Assembly (NCBI GenBank): GCA_900547855.1
Contig: URIK01000001.1
Location: 1 to 51,109 of the forward strand
Source: an uncultured Collinsella sp.
GTDB taxonomy: Bacteria > Actinomycetota > Coriobacteriia > Coriobacteriales > Coriobacteriaceae
Reading direction: 5' to 3'
DNA: 51,109 nt
In this document: positions 19,250 to 28,582 of the stretch, piece by piece
Layout: every line of letters begins with the position of its first letter
Numbering within the stretch: position 1 is the first letter of the stretch
Notes under the pieces: generated by a model
Told to the model about the DNA's origin: nothing
The model's input: only the letters and a program-made list of their open reading frames with translations
Database searches by the model: none
Translations under genes and position numbers: made by a program

Positions 19250-20314
19250 CTAGAGACCCAGAAGGGCACACATAACGGCCTTGATGGTGTGCTGACGGTT
19301 CTCTGCCTCACGGAAGATGACCGAAGCGTTGGCCTCAAAGCACTCGTCGGCAATCTCGAAACCCTCGGTGATGATCTCGCGATGAAGGTCGTTCTTGCAC
19401 TGGTCGAGGAGCATCTTGCCAACACGGTGATCCGCGTTGTGGACAGAGGGAAGCTCATGCATGCAGAAGATGTCGGGATTGTTGGTGCGCTTGCACAGCT
19501 CGCTGGTGACGCGATAGGGGTACAGAGACTCGGCATCGCCCAACCAGGAGTTGTAGTCGTCGGGATCCAGAACCTCTTCTCCGCACTCGGGGTTGATGTA
19601 GCGCCACTCCTCGGTAACGATAACGTCAACGCCATCCAGGGCATCGAGGTCAGAGGTGATGGTAAAGGTCCTATTGGGAGCGTACTTGGCGTAGCAGGCC
19701 TCCACCTCTTCGATCATTTCCTTGCACATCTGATGACGGAGGTCGTCGGGGCCGATGGCGAGGAAGGCCATGTCGAGCATAGCGCACAGACGGCCATACC
19801 ACACTGGGGCGCCGGCGCAGTTGCCAACGAAAGCCATCTTCTTGCCGCGGCTCGTACGCAGACCGCCCCATTGCTCTTCCATCGTAAGAGCGTCAGCGAG
19901 CATCTGAGTCGGGTGATCGCCGAGAGTAAGGGCATTGATGACCGGGATGTCAACCAGGTCGGCGACGTCATAGAGGAACTGCTCGTCCTTCTGTGCGCGG
20001 TAGACGATGAGATCGTACATGCCGTTAAAGACGCGCATGGCATCCTTGACGGTCTCGCAGTCACCCATGTGGGAGTTGGTCAGATAAGTGAAGCCCATGC
20101 CCAAATCATTGCAGGAGGTCTCGAATGCGCAACGAGTACGGGTCGAGCCCCACTCAAAGTTGGCGAGGACGTTTTTGCCGGGGAAGTAGCGCTGGTCGAC
20201 ACCAGACTTCTTCTGAGCCTTAAGGTTCCAGGCAAGATCGATGAGATAGCGGAAATCCTCGGAGGAGAGATCATGGATGTTGATGTAGTCGCGACCGCGG
20301 AGGCTGTTGTTCAT
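19250..20314 (-). CDS. Ornithine/putrescine carbamoyltransferase-family enzyme with divergent acceptor site
   Basis: STRTR, HPTQ and EAENRQHTIKAVM conserved; HCLP is HELP and DxxxSMG is TEEWRYIN; AAAGGA RBS. Confidence 0.88.
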   Translation of the reverse strand: MNNSLRGRDYINIHDLSSEDFRYLIDLAWNLKAQKKSGVDQRYFPGKNVLANFEWGSTRTRCAFETSCNDLGMGFTYLTNSHMGDCETVKDAMRVFNGMYDLIVYRAQKDEQFLYDVADLVDIPVINALTLGDHPTQMLADALTMEEQWGGLRTSRGKKMAFVGNCAGAPVWYGRLCAMLDMAFLAIGPDDLRHQMCKEMIEEVEACYAKYAPNRTFTITSDLDALDGVDVIVTEEWRYINPECGEEVLDPDDYNSWLGDAESLYPYRVTSELCKRTNNPDIFCMHELPSVHNADHRVGKMLLDQCKNDLHREIITEGFEIADECFEANASVIFREAENRQHTIKAVMCALLGL

Positions 20315-20437
20315 GCCTATTTCCTTTCGAATTATTATCAAAATTATTGTTGAATGTGTCCCCGAGGAAAACACGGATATCCCTCGGGGAGCGGTACATG
20401 TGGCGCCTAAGCCAAAGAGCGCAGGCTCTAAGGCTCA

Positions 20438-21676
20438 CTAACGACTGGCCGCCACGTCCTTAGTCCAGCAGTGCACGCCGCCGCCGGACAGGTTAAGCGC
20501 GAGGGAATCAATCATGATGACTTTGCGATCGGGGAAGCAGCTCTCAAGAACTGCCTTGGCCTGCTCATCCTTCTCTTTCACGACCTCGCTCATGCCCTCG
20601 TGGTAATAACGCTGGCCAAGAACGACGCCGTTGCAAATCAGGAAGTTGCAGTAGCTCGCTGCGGCGTAGAAGTGGACGGGGCCCTCGGGCCAGGGGGTGC
20701 CATCCATAAACTTGCCGCCCATTTCGTCGATGAAGCCCTTATAGAGCTCGTAATCTTCATCGCCAGGGGCGATAACGACTTCAATAGGCTCGGCGGTGGG
20801 CATACGAACGATCTCGAAGGGCTTGCCCTCCCAGTCCGTTTCGTTGCTCAGGATCTCGTAGGCTGCCTCAATGCGGCGACGAGACTCTGCTCCAGCCTTG
20901 CTCGAGGCTGCCTCTTCATCGGACACCTCGGCAAGAAGAATCTTGTTCGGAGTGATAAAGCGACACATCTCATCAATGTGAGCTGCAAAGCTCATGCCAA
21001 AGACGGGAGTTCCGTCTTCCTTCTCGTCGAGGATGCCCAGTCGATAGTCGTCGTCCTCGAGCATAGGCTGCGGAAGCCAGATAACCTTGTTGAGGTTGTA
21101 GATGCGCTTATACTCGGCCTCTACTTCCTCTTTCGTGAACTCGGGATTACGCTTGCGGCATTCCGTGTCCTCGATGGCGATCAGAGTGCCGTGACCGTCA
21201 AACTCACGGTCGCCGCCCTCCGAAACCATTTCGGAATTGACGATATCGAAGCAACCGAGCGCAACCGCCATGTGAACGGCTGCCTTACGTGCGGACTGGC
21301 ACTCCGGGGAGTTCTTGTCCCACACGCCGTAATAGGTCCAAGCGGGGTTGACCATATAAGAATGGCCCTTGTCGTCGACCATGATGCTGGGACCGTTGTC
21401 GCGGACATAGAAGTTGGAGTCTTCGAACTGCGTGATCTCGATGCGATCGAGATCAACCCCCTCCTCCTTCAGGCGCGAGCAAGCCTCCTCATAGGAGCCG
21501 GGGGTGCCGCAATTGAGGTTGACCGTAACGTCGCCATACTCGAGCAGAGCCTTGATCACGTCAACGCAGGGCTGGCGGTTATCGTAGCCCTCTGCACGGA
21601 TGTAATCGGGAAGCCATGTCACATAGACGTTGGAGCGCTTCTCGAACTCGCCCGGCATACGATAGTTCTCGTACAT
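20438..21676 (-). CDS. Agmatine deiminase family (pentein) enzyme
   Basis: YRMPGEFE, RDNGP, EGG, AHID, ASYCNF, GGGVHC (catalytic Cys). Confidence 0.9.
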   Translation of the reverse strand: MYENYRMPGEFEKRSNVYVTWLPDYIRAEGYDNRQPCVDVIKALLEYGDVTVNLNCGTPGSYEEACSRLKEEGVDLDRIEITQFEDSNFYVRDNGPSIMVDDKGHSYMVNPAWTYYGVWDKNSPECQSARKAAVHMAVALGCFDIVNSEMVSEGGDREFDGHGTLIAIEDTECRKRNPEFTKEEVEAEYKRIYNLNKVIWLPQPMLEDDDYRLGILDEKEDGTPVFGMSFAAHIDEMCRFITPNKILLAEVSDEEAASSKAGAESRRRIEAAYEILSNETDWEGKPFEIVRMPTAEPIEVVIAPGDEDYELYKGFIDEMGGKFMDGTPWPEGPVHFYAAASYCNFLICNGVVLGQRYYHEGMSEVVKEKDEQAKAVLESCFPDRKVIMIDSLALNLSGGGVHCWTKDVAASR

Positions 21677-21756
21677 GGTTGGTCCTTCCGTCGGGTTTCC
21701 CGCGATGCTGTCCGGCCGCGACAATAGCGGGGTTTCACCTGCTATAGTACTACTAT

Positions 21757-21822
21757 ACCTACCGTTCGGTAGATAATTTTGAATAATTACCGCTCGCCTA
21801 CTGATACATACCGTTCGCCGTA
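21757..21822. promoter_or_regulatory. Candidate TetR operator array
   Basis: Palindrome CTACCG-TT-CGGTAG at 21759-21772 plus TACCGCTCG and TACCGTTCG repeats in the divergent intergenic region. Confidence 0.6.
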
Positions 21823-21900
21823 TATAGTGGTCATGTTTGGACACGAATTGATGTTCCGTTGCCATCCTTAATAATGTTGGTAGTGCGGAAGTGATTTGCA

Positions 21901-22479
21901 ATGGAGAAATGCAGCGTGAGCACAAGAAAAAAAATATTGGACGCAATGTACGATCTTGTGGCAGAAGTCGGTTATGACAAAGCGTCTATCGGAAAGATTT
22001 GCGACTTTGTCGGTATATCCAAGCCGTCGGTGTACTACTACTTTCCCTCAAAAGAGGAGATTTTCACTACGCTCTTGGACAGCATGTTTCCGACCATTGA
22101 CTATCAGCGCGACTACTCGCTAATAGTCGATAGGGACGGGTTCAAGGCCGCGCTTATCGAGCTCGGCAATTCAGTTATAGGTGGCTATCGAAGCGATGAA
22201 AAGCGCCGGCGCGTGCTGGCCGAGGTTAGCGTTCAAGCAAATCGAATTCCTGCAGTTCAGGAACGTCAAGCGACGGCGACCAAACGAACCATGGATGCGC
22301 TTAAAGACATCCTTCTTCATGGTGTAGAGATTGGCGCGTTTTCCGATAGCGCCGACGTAATGCTCTACGTACAAATTCTTTATACCGTTCTGGAGGGAGC
22401 AAGCAATACGGTCGCTCAAGGTGAGGATATTGATGAGAAAGCGGTTTGGGCGGGAATAGTCGAGCTTATGTTCAAATAA
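21901..22479 (+). CDS. TetR/AcrR family transcriptional regulator
   Basis: GYDKASIGKICDFVGISKPSVYYYFPSKEEI; true start could be GTG 21916. Confidence 0.93.
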   Translation: MEKCSVSTRKKILDAMYDLVAEVGYDKASIGKICDFVGISKPSVYYYFPSKEEIFTTLLDSMFPTIDYQRDYSLIVDRDGFKAALIELGNSVIGGYRSDEKRRRVLAEVSVQANRIPAVQERQATATKRTMDALKDILLHGVEIGAFSDSADVMLYVQILYTVLEGASNTVAQGEDIDEKAVWAGIVELMFK

Positions 22480-22540
22480 ACCAGCCAAGCTGAAGCGCAT
22501 GTTGGCACCCATGGTGCCTGCGGGCAACCTTTAAAATGAA

Positions 22541-22582
22541 AACAGGGGTCGACTCCAGTCTGGCTTGGAGTCGACCCCTGTT
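22541..22582. terminator. Hairpin between convergent tetR and MFS genes
   Basis: AACAGGGGTCGACTCCA / TGGAGTCGACCCCTGTT. Confidence 0.7.
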
Positions 22583-22617
22583 GCATGGCAATCTATGCCG
22601 ATGCAAATCGGCGCTTA

Positions 22618-23898
22618 TTACTTTTCAGCAGCCTTATTGAGAAAGCCGGAAACGATAGCAAACGCAGCAATCATAAGGTTGCAGGCAATGCAGAAGATAA
22701 ATACTCCCTGGAATGACCCTGCCATGCCGTAAACCTTCATCATGACCGGCATTCCAAAAGCACCGACGACATAGCCCGCTGAGCAAACGATCGAATAGAT
22801 CCTTCCAAAATCGCGTGATCCAAAGAGCGAGAGGAGAAGCATCGGCATTGCGGTTCCAACGATGGCGAACATGACATCGTTTACACCAGCTGCAATGATG
22901 GAAACGGTCTCATTGCTTCCGCCAATGATAAGAAGCAGGAATGAAAGAATGCTGACACCTGTCCATGCGACCGTTGCTTTAATAGCGCCAAGCTTGTCGC
23001 ATGTTTTGCCCACGAAGGGATTTAGGAAGATATCGGAGAGTGAAGCTGCCGAGACCATTAAGCTTCCTACGATAGGATTGAAACCGACCTCGCTTGCATA
23101 GGTTGGAAACAGCTGGTTCATGCAGCAGGTGAGCTGCGCCACGCAAAGCAAGAGGACACAGAGAATAAAAGACGGCGTTTTCGCGGCATCGCGGAGTGCC
23201 ATGCCCGAAAGGACATCTTCCTGCTCATCGGCGCTGCAGCTCTCATGGGTTTCGGAGGCGGTCTCTCCGTACGGAAGCATATTGCGATCAGAGGGGTTAA
23301 GGCGAATGATAAATGCGCTTGCAGGCAAAATCATAGCTGCAGAAACGGCCGCAAGCACGATGTATCCCGTACGCCAGCCTTGCTGCTCGATGACCAGTGT
23401 AATGACAGGACTCAATAACAGCGTGCAGAGAGAATTAACGCCCCAAGCGAGGCCGATGGCGAGACCGGACGATTTGCTGAACCATTGGTCAATGACATCG
23501 GACATGCAGACGCCCGTTGTAAACGAAAAGCAGATGCCGATCACTGCGGCGGAGACGGTGAACATCCAGACCTCGGTGTAGAACGCCATTGCGGCGCCGG
23601 CGGCAATAAGGACGAGTTCAATGCAAATATGCCATGGTTTGCCGATTACTTTTGGAATGAAGCGACTCAAAAGCGGAAGCCCAAGCGCAAGGCCAAGAAG
23701 AATCGCGGTGAAATAGAAAGAAAAAGAAGTGTAGTCAAAGCCCAGATCTTCACATACTGGAGCAACGAATGAGCTGGCAATAATGCTATATGTGCCAGTT
23801 GTTCCGGCGGACATTAAGCCGAGCGCAATAACGACGACCCAAGCAAATGCGCCGCTTTCACGGAGACAATCTTTTTTGGCTGGTGTGGTGAGAGTCAT
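22618..23898 (-). CDS. MFS transporter, paralog of 17973-19238
   Basis: Shared blocks IALGLMSAGTTG, FYTEVWMF, QLTCCMNQLFPTYASEVGF, GSRDFGRI; GGAG RBS before MTLTT. Confidence 0.9.
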   Translation of the reverse strand: MTLTTPAKKDCLRESGAFAWVVVIALGLMSAGTTGTYSIIASSFVAPVCEDLGFDYTSFSFYFTAILLGLALGLPLLSRFIPKVIGKPWHICIELVLIAAGAAMAFYTEVWMFTVSAAVIGICFSFTTGVCMSDVIDQWFSKSSGLAIGLAWGVNSLCTLLLSPVITLVIEQQGWRTGYIVLAAVSAAMILPASAFIIRLNPSDRNMLPYGETASETHESCSADEQEDVLSGMALRDAAKTPSFILCVLLLCVAQLTCCMNQLFPTYASEVGFNPIVGSLMVSAASLSDIFLNPFVGKTCDKLGAIKATVAWTGVSILSFLLLIIGGSNETVSIIAAGVNDVMFAIVGTAMPMLLLSLFGSRDFGRIYSIVCSAGYVVGAFGMPVMMKVYGMAGSFQGVFIFCIACNLMIAAFAIVSGFLNKAAEK

Positions 23899-23929
23899 GG
23901 TTGCTCCATTTCTATCGGCAATACATCCT

Positions 23930-24019
23930 ATATGCCTACCGATAGGTATATAAACCAGAGGACTCTTCGTCAAGCATTAAGCGGGGAGAGGGAGTTCTTA
24001 ACCTGCCGAACGGTAATTA
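23930..24019. promoter_or_regulatory. Candidate TetR operators upstream of the second MFS gene
   Basis: CCTACCGATAGG and ACCTGCCGAACGGTAATTA (reverse complement TAATTACCGTTCGGCAGGT) match the 21757-21822 motif. Confidence 0.55.
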
Positions 24020-24042
24020 GACCCCGTTTTCGCAAGGGTCTC

Positions 24043-24075
24043 AATGTGACAAAGGGACTGTCCCTTTGTCACATT
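24043..24075. repeat. REP-like palindrome, family C, copy 3
   Basis: AATGTGACAAAGGGAC-T-GTCCCTTTGTCACATT, perfect inverted repeat. Confidence 0.8.
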
Positions 24076-27000
24076 ATTCGGAGCGCAGGGCTTCGACGGG
24101 GTCCTTCTTGGATGCGCTACGGGCCGGCAGCAGGCCGGCAACAACCGTCAGTAACACCGAAATTGCAATGAGCACCAGCGCATCCTGCACGGGCAGACTC
24201 ATTAGGTTGGGGACCTGTTTGACCGCAAGCGCCCAAGCATTGACCGGGAAGCTCACGGCCACCACGACGACAACAGCAAAGACGCCGGCAATGAGGCCCT
24301 CGATAAAGGTCTCGGCGTTGAACACGTTTGCCACGTTACGCTTCGACGCGCCAATCGCGCGCAGAATGCCAATCTCCTTTTTGCGCTCCAGCACGCTGAT
24401 GTACGTGATGATGCCGATCATGATGGAGCTCACCACCAGGCTGATACTCACGAATGCGATGAGCACCAAGCTGATGGTGTTCACGATGTCGGTCACCGAA
24501 CCCATGATGATGCCCATGTAGTCTGTGTACGAAATTGCCCGATCATCGTGGCCAGCGGCTTTGACCTGCTTGTTGTACGCATCGATGCGATCGAGTACGC
24601 GCTCCTTGGCCTCAAAGTCGCGCGGGAAAATCTTGACCGAGATGGGATCCGCCTCGTCCGCATAACCCAACGTGGTCAGATTGTTGTCGTAGGTGAGCTT
24701 CGACGCCTTGGCATAGCTCATCATGAGCGAACTCAGGTCCTCGGCGTCCATGTTGAAATGGATGGCACGAGCAAAGGCGCTCGCATCCACACGCATGGCG
24801 CCCGCCAAGTTGGCAATACTCGACGACATCTGCGTAGCCATCTGTCCCATGAGCCCCGCCGCGCCCGCCTTGAGCTGAGCTGACACCGTTGTCGCAATCT
24901 GGTCGCTGATTGTCTTGGTCACCTGGTCCATTGCCTGCTGCAGATACGGAGCCAGCTGATTTTGGACATAGTCGGTCATCGCCTGCTGCAGGCGCTCGGC
25001 CAGGACATCGCCGCCGAGCGCCTTGAGCTGTGCCAAACACTGCTGCGCCACAGCATCATTCTCAAGATACGTCGAGAACGCGGCGGCGAGCTTCGACGCG
25101 TCCTTAAGATCCTCGGGCGACAACGCCTTAAACTGCTCCGACTGCAAAAATCCCTCAAACAGCTGGTTGGCAAGCGTTCCCACCTGCTGCATTTGCTCGG
25201 GTGTGAGTTCCAGGCCGTCAAAGATGCCCGAGAAATCTGGTGCCGGCGCTTTGGCCATAATGTCGCTGAAATCGATGTCCTTCCCAACGCCCGAAAGGTC
25301 AATGTCCAGCCCGGATAAGTCGATACCAGAAAGGTCCATACCGCCGGCAACACCCGAGAGCGCAGACGCATCGAACGAGAACGCGCTCTTCAGCGCTGCC
25401 TCGTCCACACTGAACATGCTGCCTAGATCAACTCCTTGTTTGGCCTCGCCCTGCAGTTCATCGAAAGACTTGCCCGTAAAGACATCCGTCTCGGGATGGG
25501 CAAGCTGTTCTTGCACAATCTGCGAATCGGCGGCGCGCTCCATAAGCTGGCGAGTCAGCGCATGCGTGTAGGCAATGCCCGGGGACAACGCGCTCGCATT
25601 GGCTGTCTCGTTAGGTCGCACCACGCCCACAATGTGCACGTCGATACCGTCGGCAACCTTGGCTGCCATAAAGTCGGCGTCGCCAGACATGTCAGTCCAC
25701 ATGCCAGTCTCTTCGTTTTTGCGATAGGCATCGGCCGGCGACAACACCTTAAACGTGGTAGACAGCGCATCGTCGTAGGTAAAGTCGGCGCCGGTCTCGG
25801 GCGCTTCGACCCCACCGTCAGCCGCCATGGCGCTGTTAACCAGATCGTTGAGCTCATCGATATCCAGCGCACCGATGCTGTAGAGCGTGTAATCGCCCAC
25901 CGTGCCGCGGCTCGAAAGCACCATTACGGCTTCGTTGGCAGACGTGGGCCAATGACCGGCGACAACATCGTACTGGCTGTCGAGCAGACTCTGGTCGTCA
26001 ATCATCTCGTTAAAGACCGAGGTTCCCATGGATTCCATGCTCACCGTAGCCGCCGAGCTCGCGCCTCCGCTCATGGCCTCGGTCATGGCGTTGGGCACCA
26101 GCCGGACAGGCTTCTCATCGCCCTTGCCGGCACGATAGACAACCGGCGATATACCGTAGCCGTACTGAATGGCGTTGACCTCTTTGTCGATACCATCGCC
26201 GCCGTCGTCAAGCCATGCCTTAAAGCTCGTCATATCGTTGGACTTAACGCTTGCAAACATATCCTTTACAGCCGTGACCACGGGAATCTTATCGGTTCCC
26301 TGAGCCTTGCCGCCGGCACTGTCGTCGGACGAGTCCTCGCTCTTGGACATATCGTCATCCGCGGCCCCCTGCCCGCCCATCATGGACGACAGGTCGTAAT
26401 CCTGCTTGGAGATCGTAAGCGGGTAACTCGAGAGCGTATCCTCCTCGACCTTTTTGATGTAATTGTTCACGCCATTGGAGAGCGCCAGGATTGCCGCAAT
26501 ACCGATAATTCCAATCGAACCTGCAAAGGCCGTCATGGCCGTACGGCCCTTTTTGGTCATAAGGTTTCGGGCAGAAAGCCCCAGCGCCGTCACAAAGCTC
26601 ATCGAGGTTTTGCGCGTAGGCTTGGCCTCACGGCGCGTGGCCTTGGCAACATCAAAAGGGTCGGAATCGTCGGTAATCTTGCCGTCCGCCAGATTGACGA
26701 TGCGCGTAGCGTACTGGTACGCCAGCTCGGGATTGTGCGTGACCATAATCACCAGACGGTCGCGCGCCACGTCCTTGAGCAGACCCATGACCTGCACGGA
26801 TGTCGTTGAGTCCAGGGCGCCGGTCGGCTCGTCTGCCAGCACAATCTCGGGATCATTAATCAGGGCGCGGGCGATGGCCACGCGCTGCATCTGCCCGCCC
26901 GAAAGCTGACTCGGGCGCTTGTTAACGTGCTCGCCCAGGCCGACTTTCTCCAACGCCTCGCGCGCACGCTGGCGGCGCTCGGCATGCCCCACGCCCGTGA

Positions 27001-27337
27001 GCGTCAGCGCCAGCTCAACGTTTTCCAAAATGGTCTGATGCGGAATGAGGTTATAGCTCTGGAACACAAAGCCGATGCGGTTGTTGCGGTAGGCATCCCA
27101 ATCGCGATCGTGAAAGTCCTTGGTCGAAATACCGTCGATCAGCAGGTCGCCCGAGTCAAAGTGGTCGAGTCCGCCGATAACGTTGAGCATCGTAGTTTTG
27201 CCCGAGCCTGAGGGACCCAGAATGGCCACGAACTCGTTATCGCGAAAAGACAGGCTTACGCTGTCGAGCGCCACCTGCGTAAACGACTGCGTAACGTACC
27301 TTTTGCAAATACCTTTGAGCTCCAACATGGACGGCAA
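24074..27337 (-). CDS. MacB/FtsX-type ABC transporter, fused ATPase-permease
   Basis: GPSGSGKTT, LSGGQMQR, LADEPTG; C-terminal SVLERKKEIGILRAIGA and DPVEALRSE. Confidence 0.93.
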   Translation of the reverse strand: MPSMLELKGICKRYVTQSFTQVALDSVSLSFRDNEFVAILGPSGSGKTTMLNVIGGLDHFDSGDLLIDGISTKDFHDRDWDAYRNNRIGFVFQSYNLIPHQTILENVELALTLTGVGHAERRQRAREALEKVGLGEHVNKRPSQLSGGQMQRVAIARALINDPEIVLADEPTGALDSTTSVQVMGLLKDVARDRLVIMVTHNPELAYQYATRIVNLADGKITDDSDPFDVAKATRREAKPTRKTSMSFVTALGLSARNLMTKKGRTAMTAFAGSIGIIGIAAILALSNGVNNYIKKVEEDTLSSYPLTISKQDYDLSSMMGGQGAADDDMSKSEDSSDDSAGGKAQGTDKIPVVTAVKDMFASVKSNDMTSFKAWLDDGGDGIDKEVNAIQYGYGISPVVYRAGKGDEKPVRLVPNAMTEAMSGGASSAATVSMESMGTSVFNEMIDDQSLLDSQYDVVAGHWPTSANEAVMVLSSRGTVGDYTLYSIGALDIDELNDLVNSAMAADGGVEAPETGADFTYDDALSTTFKVLSPADAYRKNEETGMWTDMSGDADFMAAKVADGIDVHIVGVVRPNETANASALSPGIAYTHALTRQLMERAADSQIVQEQLAHPETDVFTGKSFDELQGEAKQGVDLGSMFSVDEAALKSAFSFDASALSGVAGGMDLSGIDLSGLDIDLSGVGKDIDFSDIMAKAPAPDFSGIFDGLELTPEQMQQVGTLANQLFEGFLQSEQFKALSPEDLKDASKLAAAFSTYLENDAVAQQCLAQLKALGGDVLAERLQQAMTDYVQNQLAPYLQQAMDQVTKTISDQIATTVSAQLKAGAAGLMGQMATQMSSSIANLAGAMRVDASAFARAIHFNMDAEDLSSLMMSYAKASKLTYDNNLTTLGYADEADPISVKIFPRDFEAKERVLDRIDAYNKQVKAAGHDDRAISYTDYMGIIMGSVTDIVNTISLVLIAFVSISLVVSSIMIGIITYISVLERKKEIGILRAIGASKRNVANVFNAETFIEGLIAGVFAVVVVVAVSFPVNAWALAVKQVPNLMSLPVQDALVLIAISVLLTVVAGLLPARSASKKDPVEALRSE

Positions 27338-27475
27338 CCTCTCCCACGCGGGCGCACTTGCCCGCTCTCCCCCGCCGTTCGTATTCGACGCGTTTGTCCT
27401 ACTCTATCCCCATTTTTTGCCGGAGCCAGTGAGGAATGTAACGAACCGCGCCAAAAAACGAACGGGATGACGCCC

Positions 27476-27503
27476 AAAAGAAGAGGTCCCGAGCGGGACC
27501 TCT
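27476..27503 (-). terminator. Intrinsic terminator after the TlpA-like gene
   Basis: Minus strand reads AGAGGTCCCG-CT-CGGGACCTCT followed by TCTTTT. Confidence 0.65.
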
Positions 27504-27581
27504 ATATGGTGGAGCTTATTTTGAAAGGTAGCGGACTACTTCGCACAGCGGCGCACGATCCTCGCTATGCTTACACGTTTT

Positions 27582-28559
27582 TTACTGCTCGCTATTCGCA
27601 ATCGCCTGGTCGATAAGCTTGTCGAGTGCTGCGCGCTGCTCGGCGGAGCTGATGGCTCCCACGATTGGATCCCCTACGATGTTGCCATTCTGATCGATGA
27701 CATACGTTGTCGGGAACGAGAACAAATTTGACGTAAACTTACCGGCCTCGCTATCCGACTTGAACCAGATGTTCTTATACGTCACGCCCTTCTTGCTCAG
27801 CACGTCCTTGGCATCTGCAATCTCGCCCTTGTTGCCATCGAGCGTAAAGGAATTGACGCCCACGACCTGGCCGCCCTTCTTGGCAAGCTCCTTATTCAGG
27901 TCCTCAAGGTCGCCCAACTCACCCACGCATGGCTTGCAAGTGGTGAACCAGAAGTTCATGACGGTAACCTTGTTCTTAGAGAACAGCTCGTCGCTGCTCA
28001 CGTCGTTGCCGTCCAGGTCCTTGCCCGTAAAGCTGGGGAACTTCGTCGCCTCGCTCGAAGCATTGGCACCAGCCGTCATGCCAGCGGTCGAAGCGTCGAC
28101 GCTCTCGCCCGCGCTCGGCGTGCTTCCACAGCCGGGGAACTCCTTCTCCAGGCTCTCGAGCTTGTCTTCGATCTCCTTGATCTGCTGTGCACCGGCCTTG
28201 AGCGTCTTAAGCTCATCCGCCGTGAACTCATCCTTGGCGCCGTCGATGGTCTTGAGCAGGAAATCGCCGTAATTGCTGCCGTTCTCAATCATTGCCGAGT
28301 CTTTATTTGCCGCATTGAATACCTTTTCCCACAGCGCGTTATCACTCGAAAAGATATCGTTCTCCTTTTGCATGAGTTTTGCATACAGCTCGGCGGCCTC
28401 GTCGGCATTGGCCGGCTTCTGCGCAGTGAGTTCTGCGATCTTAGGATCGGAGCTCGCAGATTCGCTCGCATTGCCACCGGGCGCCGAACATGCCACAAGG
28501 CACAAGGCCAATACCGGCACCATAAACAGGGCCGCAATCTTAGAAAGCTTCATGGTCAT
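27582..28559 (-). CDS. TlpA-like thiol-disulfide oxidoreductase lipoprotein
   Basis: Lipobox LVAC; NFWFTTCKPC; FPTTYVIDQNG. Confidence 0.88.
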   Translation of the reverse strand: MTMKLSKIAALFMVPVLALCLVACSAPGGNASESASSDPKIAELTAQKPANADEAAELYAKLMQKENDIFSSDNALWEKVFNAANKDSAMIENGSNYGDFLLKTIDGAKDEFTADELKTLKAGAQQIKEIEDKLESLEKEFPGCGSTPSAGESVDASTAGMTAGANASSEATKFPSFTGKDLDGNDVSSDELFSKNKVTVMNFWFTTCKPCVGELGDLEDLNKELAKKGGQVVGVNSFTLDGNKGEIADAKDVLSKKGVTYKNIWFKSDSEAGKFTSNLFSFPTTYVIDQNGNIVGDPIVGAISSAEQRAALDKLIDQAIANSEQ

Positions 28560-28582
28560 TCCTCCGTTTTGTCGAAGCTTGT

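Noticed and set aside
19250..20314. Assigning argF, arcB or ptcA
   Set aside because: Acceptor-binding motifs match neither OTC nor putrescine transcarbamylase.
27506..27516. tRNA or tmRNA gene at the AGCTCCACCA-like sequence
   Set aside because: No T-arm or cloverleaf is adjacent; at most an att-like scar.
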